NCBI GenBank assembly: GCA_019358935.1
Contig: JAHHIK010000027.1
Coordinates: forward strand, 1-64,000
Direction of reading: 5' to 3'
Origin: Tolypothrix carrinoi HA7290-LM1
GTDB lineage: Bacteria; Cyanobacteriota; Cyanobacteriia; Cyanobacteriales; Nostocaceae
Length of the DNA stretch: 64,000 bases
A program made the position numbers and the translations under genes. The notes below the pieces were generated by a model. That model worked only from the letters and a program-made list of their open reading frames with translations. It made no database searches and was not told the DNA's origin. Shown here in pieces: positions 20,325-30,990 of this stretch; the first letter of the stretch is position 1, and every line of letters starts with the position of its first letter.

Positions 20325-21107
20325 CTAACTCGAAGCACTAGTATAAAAACGCAAGGCAAACCGCCAAAAATAAGTAGAAAACGCAAAGAGTCCCACTGCC
20401 AATCCTGCCGCACTTAGTACCCAACTGATTTCACCCCGACGCAGCATTGCCTCTGCGGGAATCGTCGTTAAAAAAGCTACCGGAACTACAAAGGTAAAGA
20501 AAAAGCGGTAAGCAGTCGGATATGCAACCATCGGATATCTTCCAGCTTCCAACAAACCGCGCAGCACTTCAGTAACGTTGTATATTTTCACAAACCAGAT
20601 GCTAGTCGCACCCAGCATAAACCACAAACTGTAAAGAATTATTAAGCCGAAAAACAGCGGTATGATACTAAGTAAATAGTCGTTTATTCGCAAGTTAAGT
20701 TTTGAACCTGCGTAACCAATTATTACGCAACCAAAAATTATATCTGGCATTCCCCAAGGTGATAAGGTATGGATAGAAAGCCAAAACTGACTGCGGATAG
20801 GTTTTAATAATACAAAGTCTAGCGTACCTTCTTGCACATGGCGGACAATGCGATTTAAATTTGGTGCAAGAAAAGTCGCGGAAAAGCCTTGCAATAAAGT
20901 AAAAATTCCTAAGACTATTAAAGCAGCTGACCACGACCAGCCGCCAAAGGTGTAACCTGTACGGTAAAACAAGAATAGTCCGAATAAACTACCTACAAGA
21001 TTCCCGATGCTGCTGAGGGTAGCTAAAAGGAAGTTGATGCGATACTCTATCTCCGCTGCTATGGCAGCACTCCAAAACAGTCTTAGTACTTTCAAATATC
21101 TTGACAT
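20325..21107 (-). CDS. ABC-2 family permease (DUF990-like)
   Basis: EYRINF, GTLDFVLLKP, RYP, YTSASS end. Confidence 0.85.
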   Translation of the reverse strand: MSRYLKVLRLFWSAAIAAEIEYRINFLLATLSSIGNLVGSLFGLFLFYRTGYTFGGWSWSAALIVLGIFTLLQGFSATFLAPNLNRIVRHVQEGTLDFVLLKPIRSQFWLSIHTLSPWGMPDIIFGCVIIGYAGSKLNLRINDYLLSIIPLFFGLIILYSLWFMLGATSIWFVKIYNVTEVLRGLLEAGRYPMVAYPTAYRFFFTFVVPVAFLTTIPAEAMLRRGEISWVLSAAGLAVGLFAFSTYFWRFALRFYTSASS

Positions 21108-21245
21108 TTTCAGATCCCCAGCAATATATGAATATATTTTTTAGGATACAAAATAACTTTACTTAAACTTAATCTTATTTTTCATGAATAAAGAATTTAT
21201 GAACGTTAAGATATTCTATGCCTATTGTTGAATACTAGAGATTTT

Positions 21246-21857
21246 ATGCATTTTGATTTACCGCAGATAGTTAAATCACTTGGTTATTTTGGAGTATGGG
21301 CGATTATCTTTGCTGAATCTGGGTTATTAATTGGGTTTTTTCTGCCCGGAGATAGTTTGCTATTTACTGCTGGATTTGTTGCTTACACGAAACCGGAACT
21401 GCTAAATATCTGGGTTTTGATTTTTGGCGCTTTTGTTTGTGCAGTGTTTGGTGATAATGTCGGGTATGCTACTGGACGCAGATTTGGACGCAGATTATTT
21501 CAAAAAGAGGATTCGTGGCTGTTTCATAAAAAGCATTTGGAAAAAACTCAATCTTTTTATGAACAACACGGGAAGAAAACGCTGGTTTTAGCGCGATTTG
21601 TGCCGATAGTGCGGACTTTTGCCCCGATTATTGCTGGTATTGGTGCGATGCACTACCGCACATTTATGTCTTATAACTTAATTGGTGGTTTACTTTGGAC
21701 ATTTGGTATTACTTTGTTAGGATATTTCTTAGGTAAATCATTGCCAGCCGAACAGGTGGATAAGTATTTGTTGCCGATTATTGGGTTGATTATTGTTGTT
21801 TCTTTAATTCCCTCGGTTATTCATTTGATTCAAGAAAATAGAGGAAGTAAACATTAA
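21246..21857 (+). CDS. DedA/VTT family membrane protein
   Basis: FAESGL..FFLPGDSLLF, ARFVPIVRTF. Confidence 0.9.
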   Translation: MHFDLPQIVKSLGYFGVWAIIFAESGLLIGFFLPGDSLLFTAGFVAYTKPELLNIWVLIFGAFVCAVFGDNVGYATGRRFGRRLFQKEDSWLFHKKHLEKTQSFYEQHGKKTLVLARFVPIVRTFAPIIAGIGAMHYRTFMSYNLIGGLLWTFGITLLGYFLGKSLPAEQVDKYLLPIIGLIIVVSLIPSVIHLIQENRGSKH

Positions 21858-21978
21858 GATTTTCTCACGCCAAGGCGCAAAGTCGCAAAGAAGGAAAGGG
21901 GGATTTTCTTACCTGGGGTAGTTGGCAAGTTTTTTCGGATGAGAGAAACTGAACAATCAGAGTGTAATTATACTGCTG

Positions 21979-22533
21979 ATGACTTCATTCGACATCTTTT
22001 TGGAAGACTTTATTTTTCTGGTACTCTCGACGTGTTTTTTTGTGTTTGTGGGTTGGACGTGGAGACACTTAAAACCAATGAGTATTCCGGAACCGCTTCC
22101 GGGGTGGTTTAAAATCTGGTTTGGGACAGTGCAGGTGTTGGGAGGGTTGTTACCGCTGGTGGTAATGCTTTTGTGGGGTGTAGTGTGGGGAAGCGATACC
22201 TACGGCACACTTCGCGATCGCACTTTAACTGTGCTTGTGTCATACTATCTCATGCTAGGGCTGCAAATTCTCTTTGAAAGTCTGACATTACGACAGTATA
22301 AATCGGTTGTCTGGGTAATGGTTCCTTATTTATATTTGCCTTATCGCATTTGGCAACTGTATGAGGGTTTAATATTTCTGGGTTCTGAAAGTCAATTGAT
22401 GTGGGTACGCTATTTTTTGATTTTACAGATTATTGTCTGGACTGTAAATTATGCTTTAGATGTGTCTCAGCTACCAAGGCTGTTTCGCTGGGCTGTACAA
22501 GATAATTCTGAAGCAGTTGTTGTAGAGCGATAA
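21979..22533 (+). CDS. Hypothetical membrane protein
   Basis: Hydrophobic ORF with several TM segments; 21-nt in-frame insertion at a HIP1 site. Confidence 0.7.
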   Translation: MTSFDIFLEDFIFLVLSTCFFVFVGWTWRHLKPMSIPEPLPGWFKIWFGTVQVLGGLLPLVVMLLWGVVWGSDTYGTLRDRTLTVLVSYYLMLGLQILFESLTLRQYKSVVWVMVPYLYLPYRIWQLYEGLIFLGSESQLMWVRYFLILQIIVWTVNYALDVSQLPRLFRWAVQDNSEAVVVER

Positions 22534-22570
22534 TAATAAAAGTAAAATCTGAGAGTTTTTGGAGTGAGTC

Positions 22571-23812
22571 ATGCTGAAAAAACTCATCCTAGAAAATTGG
22601 AAAAGTTTCCGTTATGCAGAATTACCAATTGACCCATTAACTGTTCTTATTGGTACAAATGCCAGTGGCAAATCTAATGTAGTTGAAGCTTTGGAATTTT
22701 TACAAAGAATAGTCAGAGGTGAGAATATTGAAGCAGCTTTAGCAGGAGATAAAACATTTCCATCTATTCGAGGTGGTGTAGAATGGGCTGCACTTAAACC
22801 TGAAACCAAATTTACATTAAAGGCATTAGTTCAGGGTGAGGACGATCAAACAGATTATTCTTATGTTATTAAAATACAAACACAACCTTTCGTCAAAGTT
22901 ATAGAAGAATATATTGATAGTCAAAAATTTAGAGATTATCTTACAGAGAATTTATCACCATTTTATCTAAAAAATTTGGATTTTCCCACAAGAAGTGGAT
23001 TGAAAGAAGTATGGGGTATGATCCCTCTTGAGAAATTGGACAGAGACAAAATATCTAAAATTTCTCCAGAAGAAGTGGAAAATATATTAAATGAAAGGTT
23101 TAATCTAAGAACTACAGTAAAAAGTTTTGTCATCAAGACTTTAGAAAGTATTTTAATCCTAAATCCAATTCCTTCTACAATGCGGGACTACTCACCGTTG
23201 TCCGACAGCCTTGAAAGTAACGCATCGAATATTGCAGGTGTTCTAGCAGCGCTACCTGATGAAAATAAGGCAGAAGTAGAAGCAATAATATCTACATATA
23301 TCAAAGATTTACCAGAAGGTGATATTCAAAGAATCTGGGCGGAAAAAGTCGGCAGATTTGGTACTGATGCTATGCTTTACTGTGAGGAACAATGGAAACC
23401 CGGTCAGATTACAGAAATTGATGCTAGAAGTATGTCGGATGGAACTTTACGCTTTCTAGCAATTCTCACAGCGCTACTAACCCGACCAGAAAATAGTCAA
23501 CTTGTAATTGAAGAAATAGACAATGGTCTTCATCCTTCTCGCGCACAATTGCTAGTAAGAATGTTGCGAGAGATTGGTGCAAAAAGAAAAATTGACATTT
23601 TAATTACTACTCATAATCCAGCTTTGCTTGATGCTTTTGGACCAGAGATAGTGCCATTTGTGGTTGTCGCACATCGCGATTCGGAAACTGGAGAAAGCCA
23701 GTTAACGGTAGTAGAAGATATTGAGAATTTTCCCAAGCTGTTTGCATCAGCTTCTTTGGGTAAATTGACAACAAGTGGTGCGATTGAAAGAAGCCTTTCT
23801 CGTAACGAGTAA
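22571..23812 (+). CDS. ABC-superfamily ATPase (AAA_15/AAA_21-like)
   Basis: GTNASGKSN, signature MSDGT, IEEIDNGLHP, ITTHNP; no TM domain. Confidence 0.88.
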   Translation: MLKKLILENWKSFRYAELPIDPLTVLIGTNASGKSNVVEALEFLQRIVRGENIEAALAGDKTFPSIRGGVEWAALKPETKFTLKALVQGEDDQTDYSYVIKIQTQPFVKVIEEYIDSQKFRDYLTENLSPFYLKNLDFPTRSGLKEVWGMIPLEKLDRDKISKISPEEVENILNERFNLRTTVKSFVIKTLESILILNPIPSTMRDYSPLSDSLESNASNIAGVLAALPDENKAEVEAIISTYIKDLPEGDIQRIWAEKVGRFGTDAMLYCEEQWKPGQITEIDARSMSDGTLRFLAILTALLTRPENSQLVIEEIDNGLHPSRAQLLVRMLREIGAKRKIDILITTHNPALLDAFGPEIVPFVVVAHRDSETGESQLTVVEDIENFPKLFASASLGKLTTSGAIERSLSRNE

Positions 23813-23820
23813 TTAGAAGC

Positions 23821-24336
23821 ATGAAAAAGGTTCTGATTATTGACACATGCCTTCTCTGCGTTTGGTTGAAAGTTCCGGGAATGGAAAGTTGCGGTTCTGA
23901 CAATGATGTGTGGGATTTTCAGCGTGTCAATCAGAAAATACAAGCAGAAATCGCTATATCTACAATTTTGGTGCTTCCCTTAGCTGTGGTTGTGGAAACT
24001 GGTAATCATATTGCACAAGCTAAAGCAAAACAGTATGAAACGGCTCAAGAATTTGCAAAAATTATGACTTTTGCAGCAGATGAAACAACTCCTTGGGCAG
24101 CTTTCGGTGAACAAATTGTGCTTTGGGAAGGAGAACAATTAAAAAAGTTAGCGGCTGAATTCCCCGAAAATGCCAAACAAAAGACTTCTATGGGCGATGC
24201 CAGTATTGTAAACTTAGGTAAACATTATCAACAAAAAAGCTTCCATGTCGAGTTTCTGACTGCTGATGAAGGTCTAAAGGCACAGGAACCACCTTTGCGA
24301 GAACCACCTACAAGACGCAGCGATCGCAGAAGATGA
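23821..24336 (+). CDS. PIN-domain-like protein
   Basis: LIIDT, ETGNH, GDASI, LTADEGL acidic pattern. Confidence 0.7.
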   Translation: MKKVLIIDTCLLCVWLKVPGMESCGSDNDVWDFQRVNQKIQAEIAISTILVLPLAVVVETGNHIAQAKAKQYETAQEFAKIMTFAADETTPWAAFGEQIVLWEGEQLKKLAAEFPENAKQKTSMGDASIVNLGKHYQQKSFHVEFLTADEGLKAQEPPLREPPTRRSDRRR

Positions 24337-24421
24337 ACAAACTTTGAGAAATCTACAAATAAAACTAACAACACGTTATCATCAAATACTGTGGAATTTC
24401 CGTGCGTATAACTAGGCATCT

Positions 24422-27115
24422 ATGACTGCTTCTCATTCTGCAACCCCATCCACCAAACCCGATGCCAGTACATTTATCTCTGACCATCGAGCGGTCGATC
24501 GCACTAAGCTGAGTCAAATGTACCAGCATTATATCGAAACGAAGGAAAAGTATCCTCACGCGATGTTGCTGTATCGAGTAGGAGATTTCTTTGAATGTTA
24601 CTTTGAAGATGCGGTGACGCTAGCGCAGCAGTTAGAACTTGTTCTGACGAGCAAGCAAGCTGGAGAACAAGGACGTGTGGCGATGTCTGGTGTACCGCAT
24701 CACTCTTGGGAACGATACGCTACGCTGTTGGTGGAAAAAGGCTACGCTGTGGTAATATGCGACCAAGTGGAAGATGCTGCGGAAGCTGCTGGTAGGTTGG
24801 TACGTCGGGAAATTACCCGCATCCTCACTCCCGGTACTTTGCTGGAAGATGGAATGCTAAAAGCAAGTCGCAATAATTACCTTGCGGCTGTGGTAATTGC
24901 TGGGGAACATTGGGGTTTGGCTTACGCAGATATATCTACAGGGGAATTTCTCACGACGCAAGCCAGTAATTTAGAACATCTGACACAAGAGTTAATGCGC
25001 TTGCAACCTTCGGAAGTGCTAATTCCGACGAATGCGCCAGATTTAGGTAGTTTACTGCGTCCTGGGGAAAAATCGGAACATCTGCCGGAATGTTTGCCAC
25101 CATCGTTTTGTTATGCTTTGCGATCGCAAGTTCCATTTTCTCAAGGTGAAGCCAGAGCTAAATTATTGCAGAAATTCAAAGTGCGATCGCTTGAAGGTTT
25201 GGGTTGCGATCGTCTTCCCCTCGCTGTTCGCGCTGCTGGCGGTCTTTTAGAATACCTCGAAGATACTCAAAAAGACCATCCGGTTTTCCTTCAAGCTTTA
25301 CGCACATATACAATTACTGATTATCTGATTGTTGACAATCAAACTCGCCGCAACCTAGAAATTACGCAAACCGTGCGCGATGGCACTTTTCACGGTTCTT
25401 TGCTTTGGGCGTTGGATAGAACCAGCACGGCAATGGGTGGACGTGCTTTGAGAAGATGGTTATTACAACCGCTACTCGATATTAAAGGCATTCGAGCGCG
25501 GCAAGATACGATCGCAGAGTTAATCGAAAATACACCTCGGCGTCAAGATTTGCGGCAATTGTTACGTCAAATTTATGACTTGGAACGGTTGACGGGACGC
25601 GCCGGTTCTGGTACAGCAAATGCGCGAGATTTGGTGGCTTTGGCTGATTCTTTGGCGCGTTTACCAGAATTAGCTAGCTTGGTGGCTGATACTCGTTCTC
25701 CCTTTTTGAAAGCTTTGCAGAAAGTGCCGCCTGTTTTGTCAGAGTTGGCAGAAAAGTTACACGTTCATCTGGTGGAGTCACCGCCAATACATTTAACTGA
25801 AGGGGGGTTGATTCGCCAAGGTGTGAATTCTCTGTTGGATGAGAGAAAAATAACTGTGGAAGGCGATCAGCAATGGATTGCTAATTTGGAAGTTGACGAA
25901 AGAGCAAAGACGGGAATTCCCACGTTGAAGGTAGGATACAATAAGACCTTTGGATATTATATCAGTATTTCTCGCGCGAAGGCGGATTCTGTCCCCAGTA
26001 ATTACATCCGCAAGCAAACGCTGACGAATGAGGAACGTTACATCACGCCGGAGTTGAAGGAACGAGAAGCAAGAATTCTCTCGGCGCGGGATGATTTAAA
26101 TCAGTTGGAATATGAGATTTTTACGGCGTTGCGTGATGAGGTGGGAACACATGGCTCGGAAATTCGCATTCTTTCGCGTGCGGTAGCGGCAGCTGATGTG
26201 TTGTGCGGTTTGGCTGAGTTGGGGGTACATCAAGGTTATTGCCGTCCGGAGATGGTTGCGGGAAGGGAGATTTTGGTTGTGGATGGGCGTCATCCGGTGG
26301 TGGAACAGTCTTTGCCTGCCGGGTTTTTTGTGCCGAATTCTACGCAGCTTGGAGGAACGAACCGCAGAGACGCAGAGGACGCAGAGGAGGAAGGGGGAGG
26401 GGGACAAGGAGGACAAGGGAGACAAGGGGACAAGGGCGACGGGCGTGGGGACAATTCTTTCCCCCCCTCTCCCACTCCCCCCCTCTCCTCATCTCCCCAT
26501 CCCGATTTAATCATTCTCACGGGTCCGAATGCGAGTGGTAAGAGTTGTTATTTGAGACAGGTGGGCTTAATACAACTTATGGCGCAAATTGGTAGTTTTG
26601 TGCCGGCTTCTTTTGCCAAGTTGGGAGTGTGCGATCGCATTTTTACGCGGGTGGGTGCGGTGGATGATTTGGCAACGGGTCAATCTACTTTTATGGTGGA
26701 GATGAATGAAACGGCGAATATTCTCAATCATGCGACTGAGCGATCGCTTGTTTTGTTAGATGAAATTGGACGCGGTACGGCAACTTTTGACGGTCTTTCG
26801 ATTGCTTGGGCTGTGGCGGAATATTTGGCGGTGGATATTCGAGCGCGAACGATTTTTGCTACACATTACCACGAGTTGAATGAGTTGGCGGCAATGTTAC
26901 CGAATGTTGCTAATTATCAGGTGACGGTGAAGGAGTTACCTGACCAAATTATCTTTTTGCATCAAGTTCAACCAGGAGGTGCTGATAAGTCTTATGGTAT
27001 TGAAGCAGGAAGATTAGCGGGTTTACCTGCGGTGGTAATTCAACGTGCAAAACAGGTGATGGGGCAAATTGAAAAGCATAGTAAGATTGCGATGGGTTTG
27101 CAAAGTTTGGATTGA
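24422..27115 (+). CDS. mutS: DNA mismatch repair protein MutS
   Basis: [37 protein letters not shown]. Confidence 0.97.
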   Translation: MTASHSATPSTKPDASTFISDHRAVDRTKLSQMYQHYIETKEKYPHAMLLYRVGDFFECYFEDAVTLAQQLELVLTSKQAGEQGRVAMSGVPHHSWERYATLLVEKGYAVVICDQVEDAAEAAGRLVRREITRILTPGTLLEDGMLKASRNNYLAAVVIAGEHWGLAYADISTGEFLTTQASNLEHLTQELMRLQPSEVLIPTNAPDLGSLLRPGEKSEHLPECLPPSFCYALRSQVPFSQGEARAKLLQKFKVRSLEGLGCDRLPLAVRAAGGLLEYLEDTQKDHPVFLQALRTYTITDYLIVDNQTRRNLEITQTVRDGTFHGSLLWALDRTSTAMGGRALRRWLLQPLLDIKGIRARQDTIAELIENTPRRQDLRQLLRQIYDLERLTGRAGSGTANARDLVALADSLARLPELASLVADTRSPFLKALQKVPPVLSELAEKLHVHLVESPPIHLTEGGLIRQGVNSLLDERKITVEGDQQWIANLEVDERAKTGIPTLKVGYNKTFGYYISISRAKADSVPSNYIRKQTLTNEERYITPELKEREARILSARDDLNQLEYEIFTALRDEVGTHGSEIRILSRAVAAADVLCGLAELGVHQGYCRPEMVAGREILVVDGRHPVVEQSLPAGFFVPNSTQLGGTNRRDAEDAEEEGGGGQGGQGRQGDKGDGRGDNSFPPSPTPPLSSSPHPDLIILTGPNASGKSCYLRQVGLIQLMAQIGSFVPASFAKLGVCDRIFTRVGAVDDLATGQSTFMVEMNETANILNHATERSLVLLDEIGRGTATFDGLSIAWAVAEYLAVDIRARTIFATHYHELNELAAMLPNVANYQVTVKELPDQIIFLHQVQPGGADKSYGIEAGRLAGLPAVVIQRAKQVMGQIEKHSKIAMGLQSLD

Positions 27116-27186
27116 TGAAGGAGGGATATTAAGCTATATCTATATAACTGAACTAGACTTTATTTAGTAGATAAGAAGGTAGCAAC

Positions 27187-27801
27187 ATGACTACAACCAA
27201 ACAAATAGTTACCTTTGAGCAGTATTTGACTTATAACGATGGTACTGATACACGCTACGAACTTGAGCGAGGAGAATTAATACCGATGTCTCAACCCCGT
27301 GGAGGACATGGTGAAATCATGCACTTTTTGGAACGCTCATTTACAGCAGAAATCGAGCGACTGAAGTTAGATTGGGTTGCGCGTCAAGCTGCGATCGGTG
27401 TTAGAGTACCTCAAGTGGGTAGACGGGATACTTCTAGAGTTCCAGATGTGACAGTTTTACCTTTGTCACATGGGAAAAATTTGAGAAATAGAGAAGCTGT
27501 AATTGAACTTAATGAAGAACCACCGTTATTAGTTGTAGAAGTTGTGAGTGCGGGAACTGAAAGTCGTGACCATCGCGCCAAAAGAGCAGAATACAATATC
27601 CTTGGTATCCCAGTTTATCTGCTGGTTGATTTTCTAGATTTCGACCAAAATGGCAAAGCAGTAGATAAGCGGGTAACAGTTCTAACTTTGGTTGAAGGCT
27701 TTTATGATGAAGCAGTTTATAGAGGAGAAGAAGTAATTCAAATTCCCACATTTTCTGAGTTGAAGCTGACTGCTAACCAAGTTATTAATGCTGGTACATA
27801 G
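27187..27801 (+). CDS. Uma2-family protein
   Basis: RYELERGEL, PDV, LVVEVVS...D...KRAEY. Confidence 0.88.
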   Translation: MTTTKQIVTFEQYLTYNDGTDTRYELERGELIPMSQPRGGHGEIMHFLERSFTAEIERLKLDWVARQAAIGVRVPQVGRRDTSRVPDVTVLPLSHGKNLRNREAVIELNEEPPLLVVEVVSAGTESRDHRAKRAEYNILGIPVYLLVDFLDFDQNGKAVDKRVTVLTLVEGFYDEAVYRGEEVIQIPTFSELKLTANQVINAGT

Positions 27802-27831
27802 GTTATACTGTTATAACATTTATGAAAAATT

Positions 27832-28362
27832 ATGTCAGAATTAACAGGAATTTTACAACGCATTTCTACTTGGGTGCAACAATATCAACCAGAGAAAGAT
27901 GGGAAAAAAATTCCTCTTTTAGCCCCTGGTTTAACGCACGAAGAAATTGAAAGTAAAGTTAAAGATTTGCCATTTCGTCTATCTGAAGAACTGTATGAAC
28001 TTTATCAGTGGCACAACGGAGGTTACAGTTGTTTTTTAACAGCAGAAGAACAAGAATTTGTCAAGAAATCTTCCGAACAAATCAAAGCTTTTTCTGCGCG
28101 TGAGATTGTTCATTTCATTTCTTTAGATGAAGCATTAAGCTACGCTATTTCGCGTGAAAGTAAAGCAGGAAAACACATATTTCCTATCTTTGCATGGGAA
28201 AATAACTCTGAATGTGCGCTTCTAGACTCAGAGCAGCGAGAAACTTCTCCAATTGTCGATAGTTCCACTCCCAGCGAAAAATATATCAGCTTTCCGAGCA
28301 TCACTAATATGATGCTGTATTATACAAGACTTCTGGAATCAAAATACCTCTGGATATACTAA
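27832..28362 (+). CDS. SMI1/KNR4 (SUKH)-like protein
   Basis: PGLT.EEIE...LPF.L.EELYELYQWHNG. Confidence 0.7.
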   Translation: MSELTGILQRISTWVQQYQPEKDGKKIPLLAPGLTHEEIESKVKDLPFRLSEELYELYQWHNGGYSCFLTAEEQEFVKKSSEQIKAFSAREIVHFISLDEALSYAISRESKAGKHIFPIFAWENNSECALLDSEQRETSPIVDSSTPSEKYISFPSITNMMLYYTRLLESKYLWIY

Positions 28363-28433
28363 CTACAAAAACTCTGCGTCACTCTGCGTTTACCTTTGTG
28401 TTCCTCTGCGTTTAAAAACGTTATGAACTTAAC

Positions 28434-29702
28434 TTATCTTCCTCTATCCCTTTCCAAATCATCAATCACTGTTTGCAAATACCACTCCTCTGACATTCCC
28501 GGATAGTAATTCTTTTTCTGCTCAATTAGTCGTTGGGCAATTTCCCAATATCCCCCTACCATTCTCAACAAACGTTGACGTAGCAAATCGTATTTGGCAT
28601 TTTTTACTTCCGGGGTAGAGGATTGAATTTTTTTCAAGCTATTTAAGACTTGTTGATAATTCTGCCAATCTTCTTTTTCACAAAACATACTTGCCGCACG
28701 CTGATAATCTTCAATCGCGTGTTGCATTTCTTCTAAATGAGTATAGGCAATACCGCGATTATAATACGCATGGGCATTATCAGAATCAATTTGCAACGCT
28801 TGGGTGTAATCTTTAATTGCCGCGTAATAATTACTCATTGCTCGATGAGTATTTCCTCTGGCAATATATATTAAAGCATCTTCAGGCTGCATTTGCAGTG
28901 CAGAATTATAGTCAGTTAATGCACCTTGATGATCTCCTAACTGAGAACGTGCTTTTCCTCGGTTGCGATATACGATGCTAGATTGAAAATTTAAACGCAG
29001 CGCTGAGTTAAAATCAGAAATAGCATCGCGATAATTTCCTTGTTTGCAACGTACCACCCCGCGACAGCAGTAAGCTACACCATCTTGCGGATCGACTTGC
29101 AACACCCAGTTTAAATCATCGATCGCTTGCTTTGTGTCTCCTTTTTCTGCCTTTTCTAACAAGGTGCGGAAATATTCATTTTCGGAAATTATTGGTGCGG
29201 GGGTAGAAATTGATGGCTTTACAGCAGAATATTCTTTAGGTTGTAGCTGCTTGATGCTTTCCAGACATTGACGACATTTTTTTTTGTCGTTTTTCTTGAG
29301 ATATAATTCTGCGGCTTTTTTGAAGTTAGCGATCGCATCTTGAATATACCCTTCTTTGCGGCGCACAATTCCCCGCAGATGATAAGCTGCGGCATAATTT
29401 ACTTCAAGTGAAATAGCTTTATCGACATCCGCAAGCGCACCAGGTAGATTTTTCAGCGTTAACCGTGCTAATGCGCGATAATAATATGCTTCTACACTTT
29501 CAGGATTATGTTTCAGAGCTTCAGTATAATCTGAGACAGCTTGGAGAGTTGCTCCTGAGTCATAATATGCTAAACCCCGTTGCGTGTAAGCTGACGCAAA
29601 GTAAGGATCTTCTTGCAAAGCACGGGTAAATTCCTCAATAGCTTTAGTGTAGTCTTTTTGCCGAGCTAGTTCTAGTCCTTTATTGTAGAATTCGTTATTC
29701 AT
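28434..29702 (-). CDS. TPR repeat protein
   Basis: Multiple AY..RG...AI.DY TPR motifs. Confidence 0.9.
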   Translation of the reverse strand: MNNEFYNKGLELARQKDYTKAIEEFTRALQEDPYFASAYTQRGLAYYDSGATLQAVSDYTEALKHNPESVEAYYYRALARLTLKNLPGALADVDKAISLEVNYAAAYHLRGIVRRKEGYIQDAIANFKKAAELYLKKNDKKKCRQCLESIKQLQPKEYSAVKPSISTPAPIISENEYFRTLLEKAEKGDTKQAIDDLNWVLQVDPQDGVAYCCRGVVRCKQGNYRDAISDFNSALRLNFQSSIVYRNRGKARSQLGDHQGALTDYNSALQMQPEDALIYIARGNTHRAMSNYYAAIKDYTQALQIDSDNAHAYYNRGIAYTHLEEMQHAIEDYQRAASMFCEKEDWQNYQQVLNSLKKIQSSTPEVKNAKYDLLRQRLLRMVGGYWEIAQRLIEQKKNYYPGMSEEWYLQTVIDDLERDRGR

Positions 29703-29781
29703 GGCTTTTGTTTAACTCAGTTATTTAATTGTAGTAAGCACTGAAGTGCTTACTACGAATTTTTTTCAATACTTTGTAAAA

Positions 29782-30930
29782 ATGAAAATTAGAACTGTTA
29801 CAACTGGTATATCACTTTCTTCTCTTAAAGAAATAGATAAGATTAAGCAAGCGTCTGAGTTTAATCAGCAAGCAAAGCTGATAATTGAAGAACAGGGATA
29901 TGAAGTACAAACAACTAGAATTGCGACTAATTCCTGGGAAGAATATCTAGATAATTTCTCAATAAGTGAAATTCTCAATCAAGTTAAAAGAATCGAAGAA
30001 GTTTGCCAAAAGTTGAATATTAGCTTTTTCAGTCTTGGTTACGCAAGTCAACCGGAAACCATCGCTTTGATTCCAGAGATTATCAAAAATACATCGATTT
30101 TTTACACTTCCAGTAAAATAGGCGATCGCTTGTCTGGGATAAACTTTGAAAATGCCAAAAAATCTGCAAAAGTTATCCAGCGAGTTTCTCAAGAAAGCGA
30201 ACATGGTTATGGTAACTTTCATTTTTGCGCTTGGGCAAATTGTCAATCAGGAATTCCGTTTTTTCCTACTGCGTATCATCAAGGTAAAACGTCTTTCGCT
30301 ATCGGGTTGGAATTATGCGACTTGGTAATGCAAGCATTTTCTGATGCTAATGATATTCTTGATGCGTCAGAAAAGCTGAAATTGATTTTAGATAAAGAAT
30401 TAAGGAAAATTGAGGCGATCGCTCTCACAATATCCGCTAAATTTGCGATAGAATATCAAGGAATTGACACTTCTCTTGCACCATCTTTAGGCAAAAAAGA
30501 AAGTATTGCCTATGCTTATGAAAAAATCATGGATGGAAAGTTTGGAAATCAAGGTACATTAGCAATATCAGGAATGCTAACTCGCGTTTTGAAAAGCGTC
30601 TCTGTAAAAACTTGCGGCTATTCTGGGTTAATGCTTCCAGTTTGTGAAGATGTCGGTTTAGCTGCAAGAGCTAACGAGCAAACTTATAATATCACAAATT
30701 TATTAGCTTATTCTGCTGTGTGTGGTTGCGGACTTGATACGGTTCCGATTCCGGGTGATATTACAATAGAAAAGATTACCGCGATATTAATTGATATGGC
30801 GACTTTGGCGATAAAGTTAGATAAACCACTTTCAGCAAGGTTGTTTCCGATTCCTGGGAAAAAAGCTGGGGAAATGACTGCGTTCGATTCACCGTATTTG
30901 GTGGATTGTAGAATATTTGATGTGGAATAA
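29782..30930 (+). CDS. DUF711 family protein
   Basis: MKIRTVT, QTTRIAT, GYSGLMLPVCED, GLDTVPIPGD, KPLSARLFP. Confidence 0.85.
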   Translation: MKIRTVTTGISLSSLKEIDKIKQASEFNQQAKLIIEEQGYEVQTTRIATNSWEEYLDNFSISEILNQVKRIEEVCQKLNISFFSLGYASQPETIALIPEIIKNTSIFYTSSKIGDRLSGINFENAKKSAKVIQRVSQESEHGYGNFHFCAWANCQSGIPFFPTAYHQGKTSFAIGLELCDLVMQAFSDANDILDASEKLKLILDKELRKIEAIALTISAKFAIEYQGIDTSLAPSLGKKESIAYAYEKIMDGKFGNQGTLAISGMLTRVLKSVSVKTCGYSGLMLPVCEDVGLAARANEQTYNITNLLAYSAVCGCGLDTVPIPGDITIEKITAILIDMATLAIKLDKPLSARLFPIPGKKAGEMTAFDSPYLVDCRIFDVE

Positions 30931-30990
30931 TATTTAGATTATTTCACGCAAAGGCGCAAAGGCGCAAAGAAAAGAGAAAATATTTAAGAC

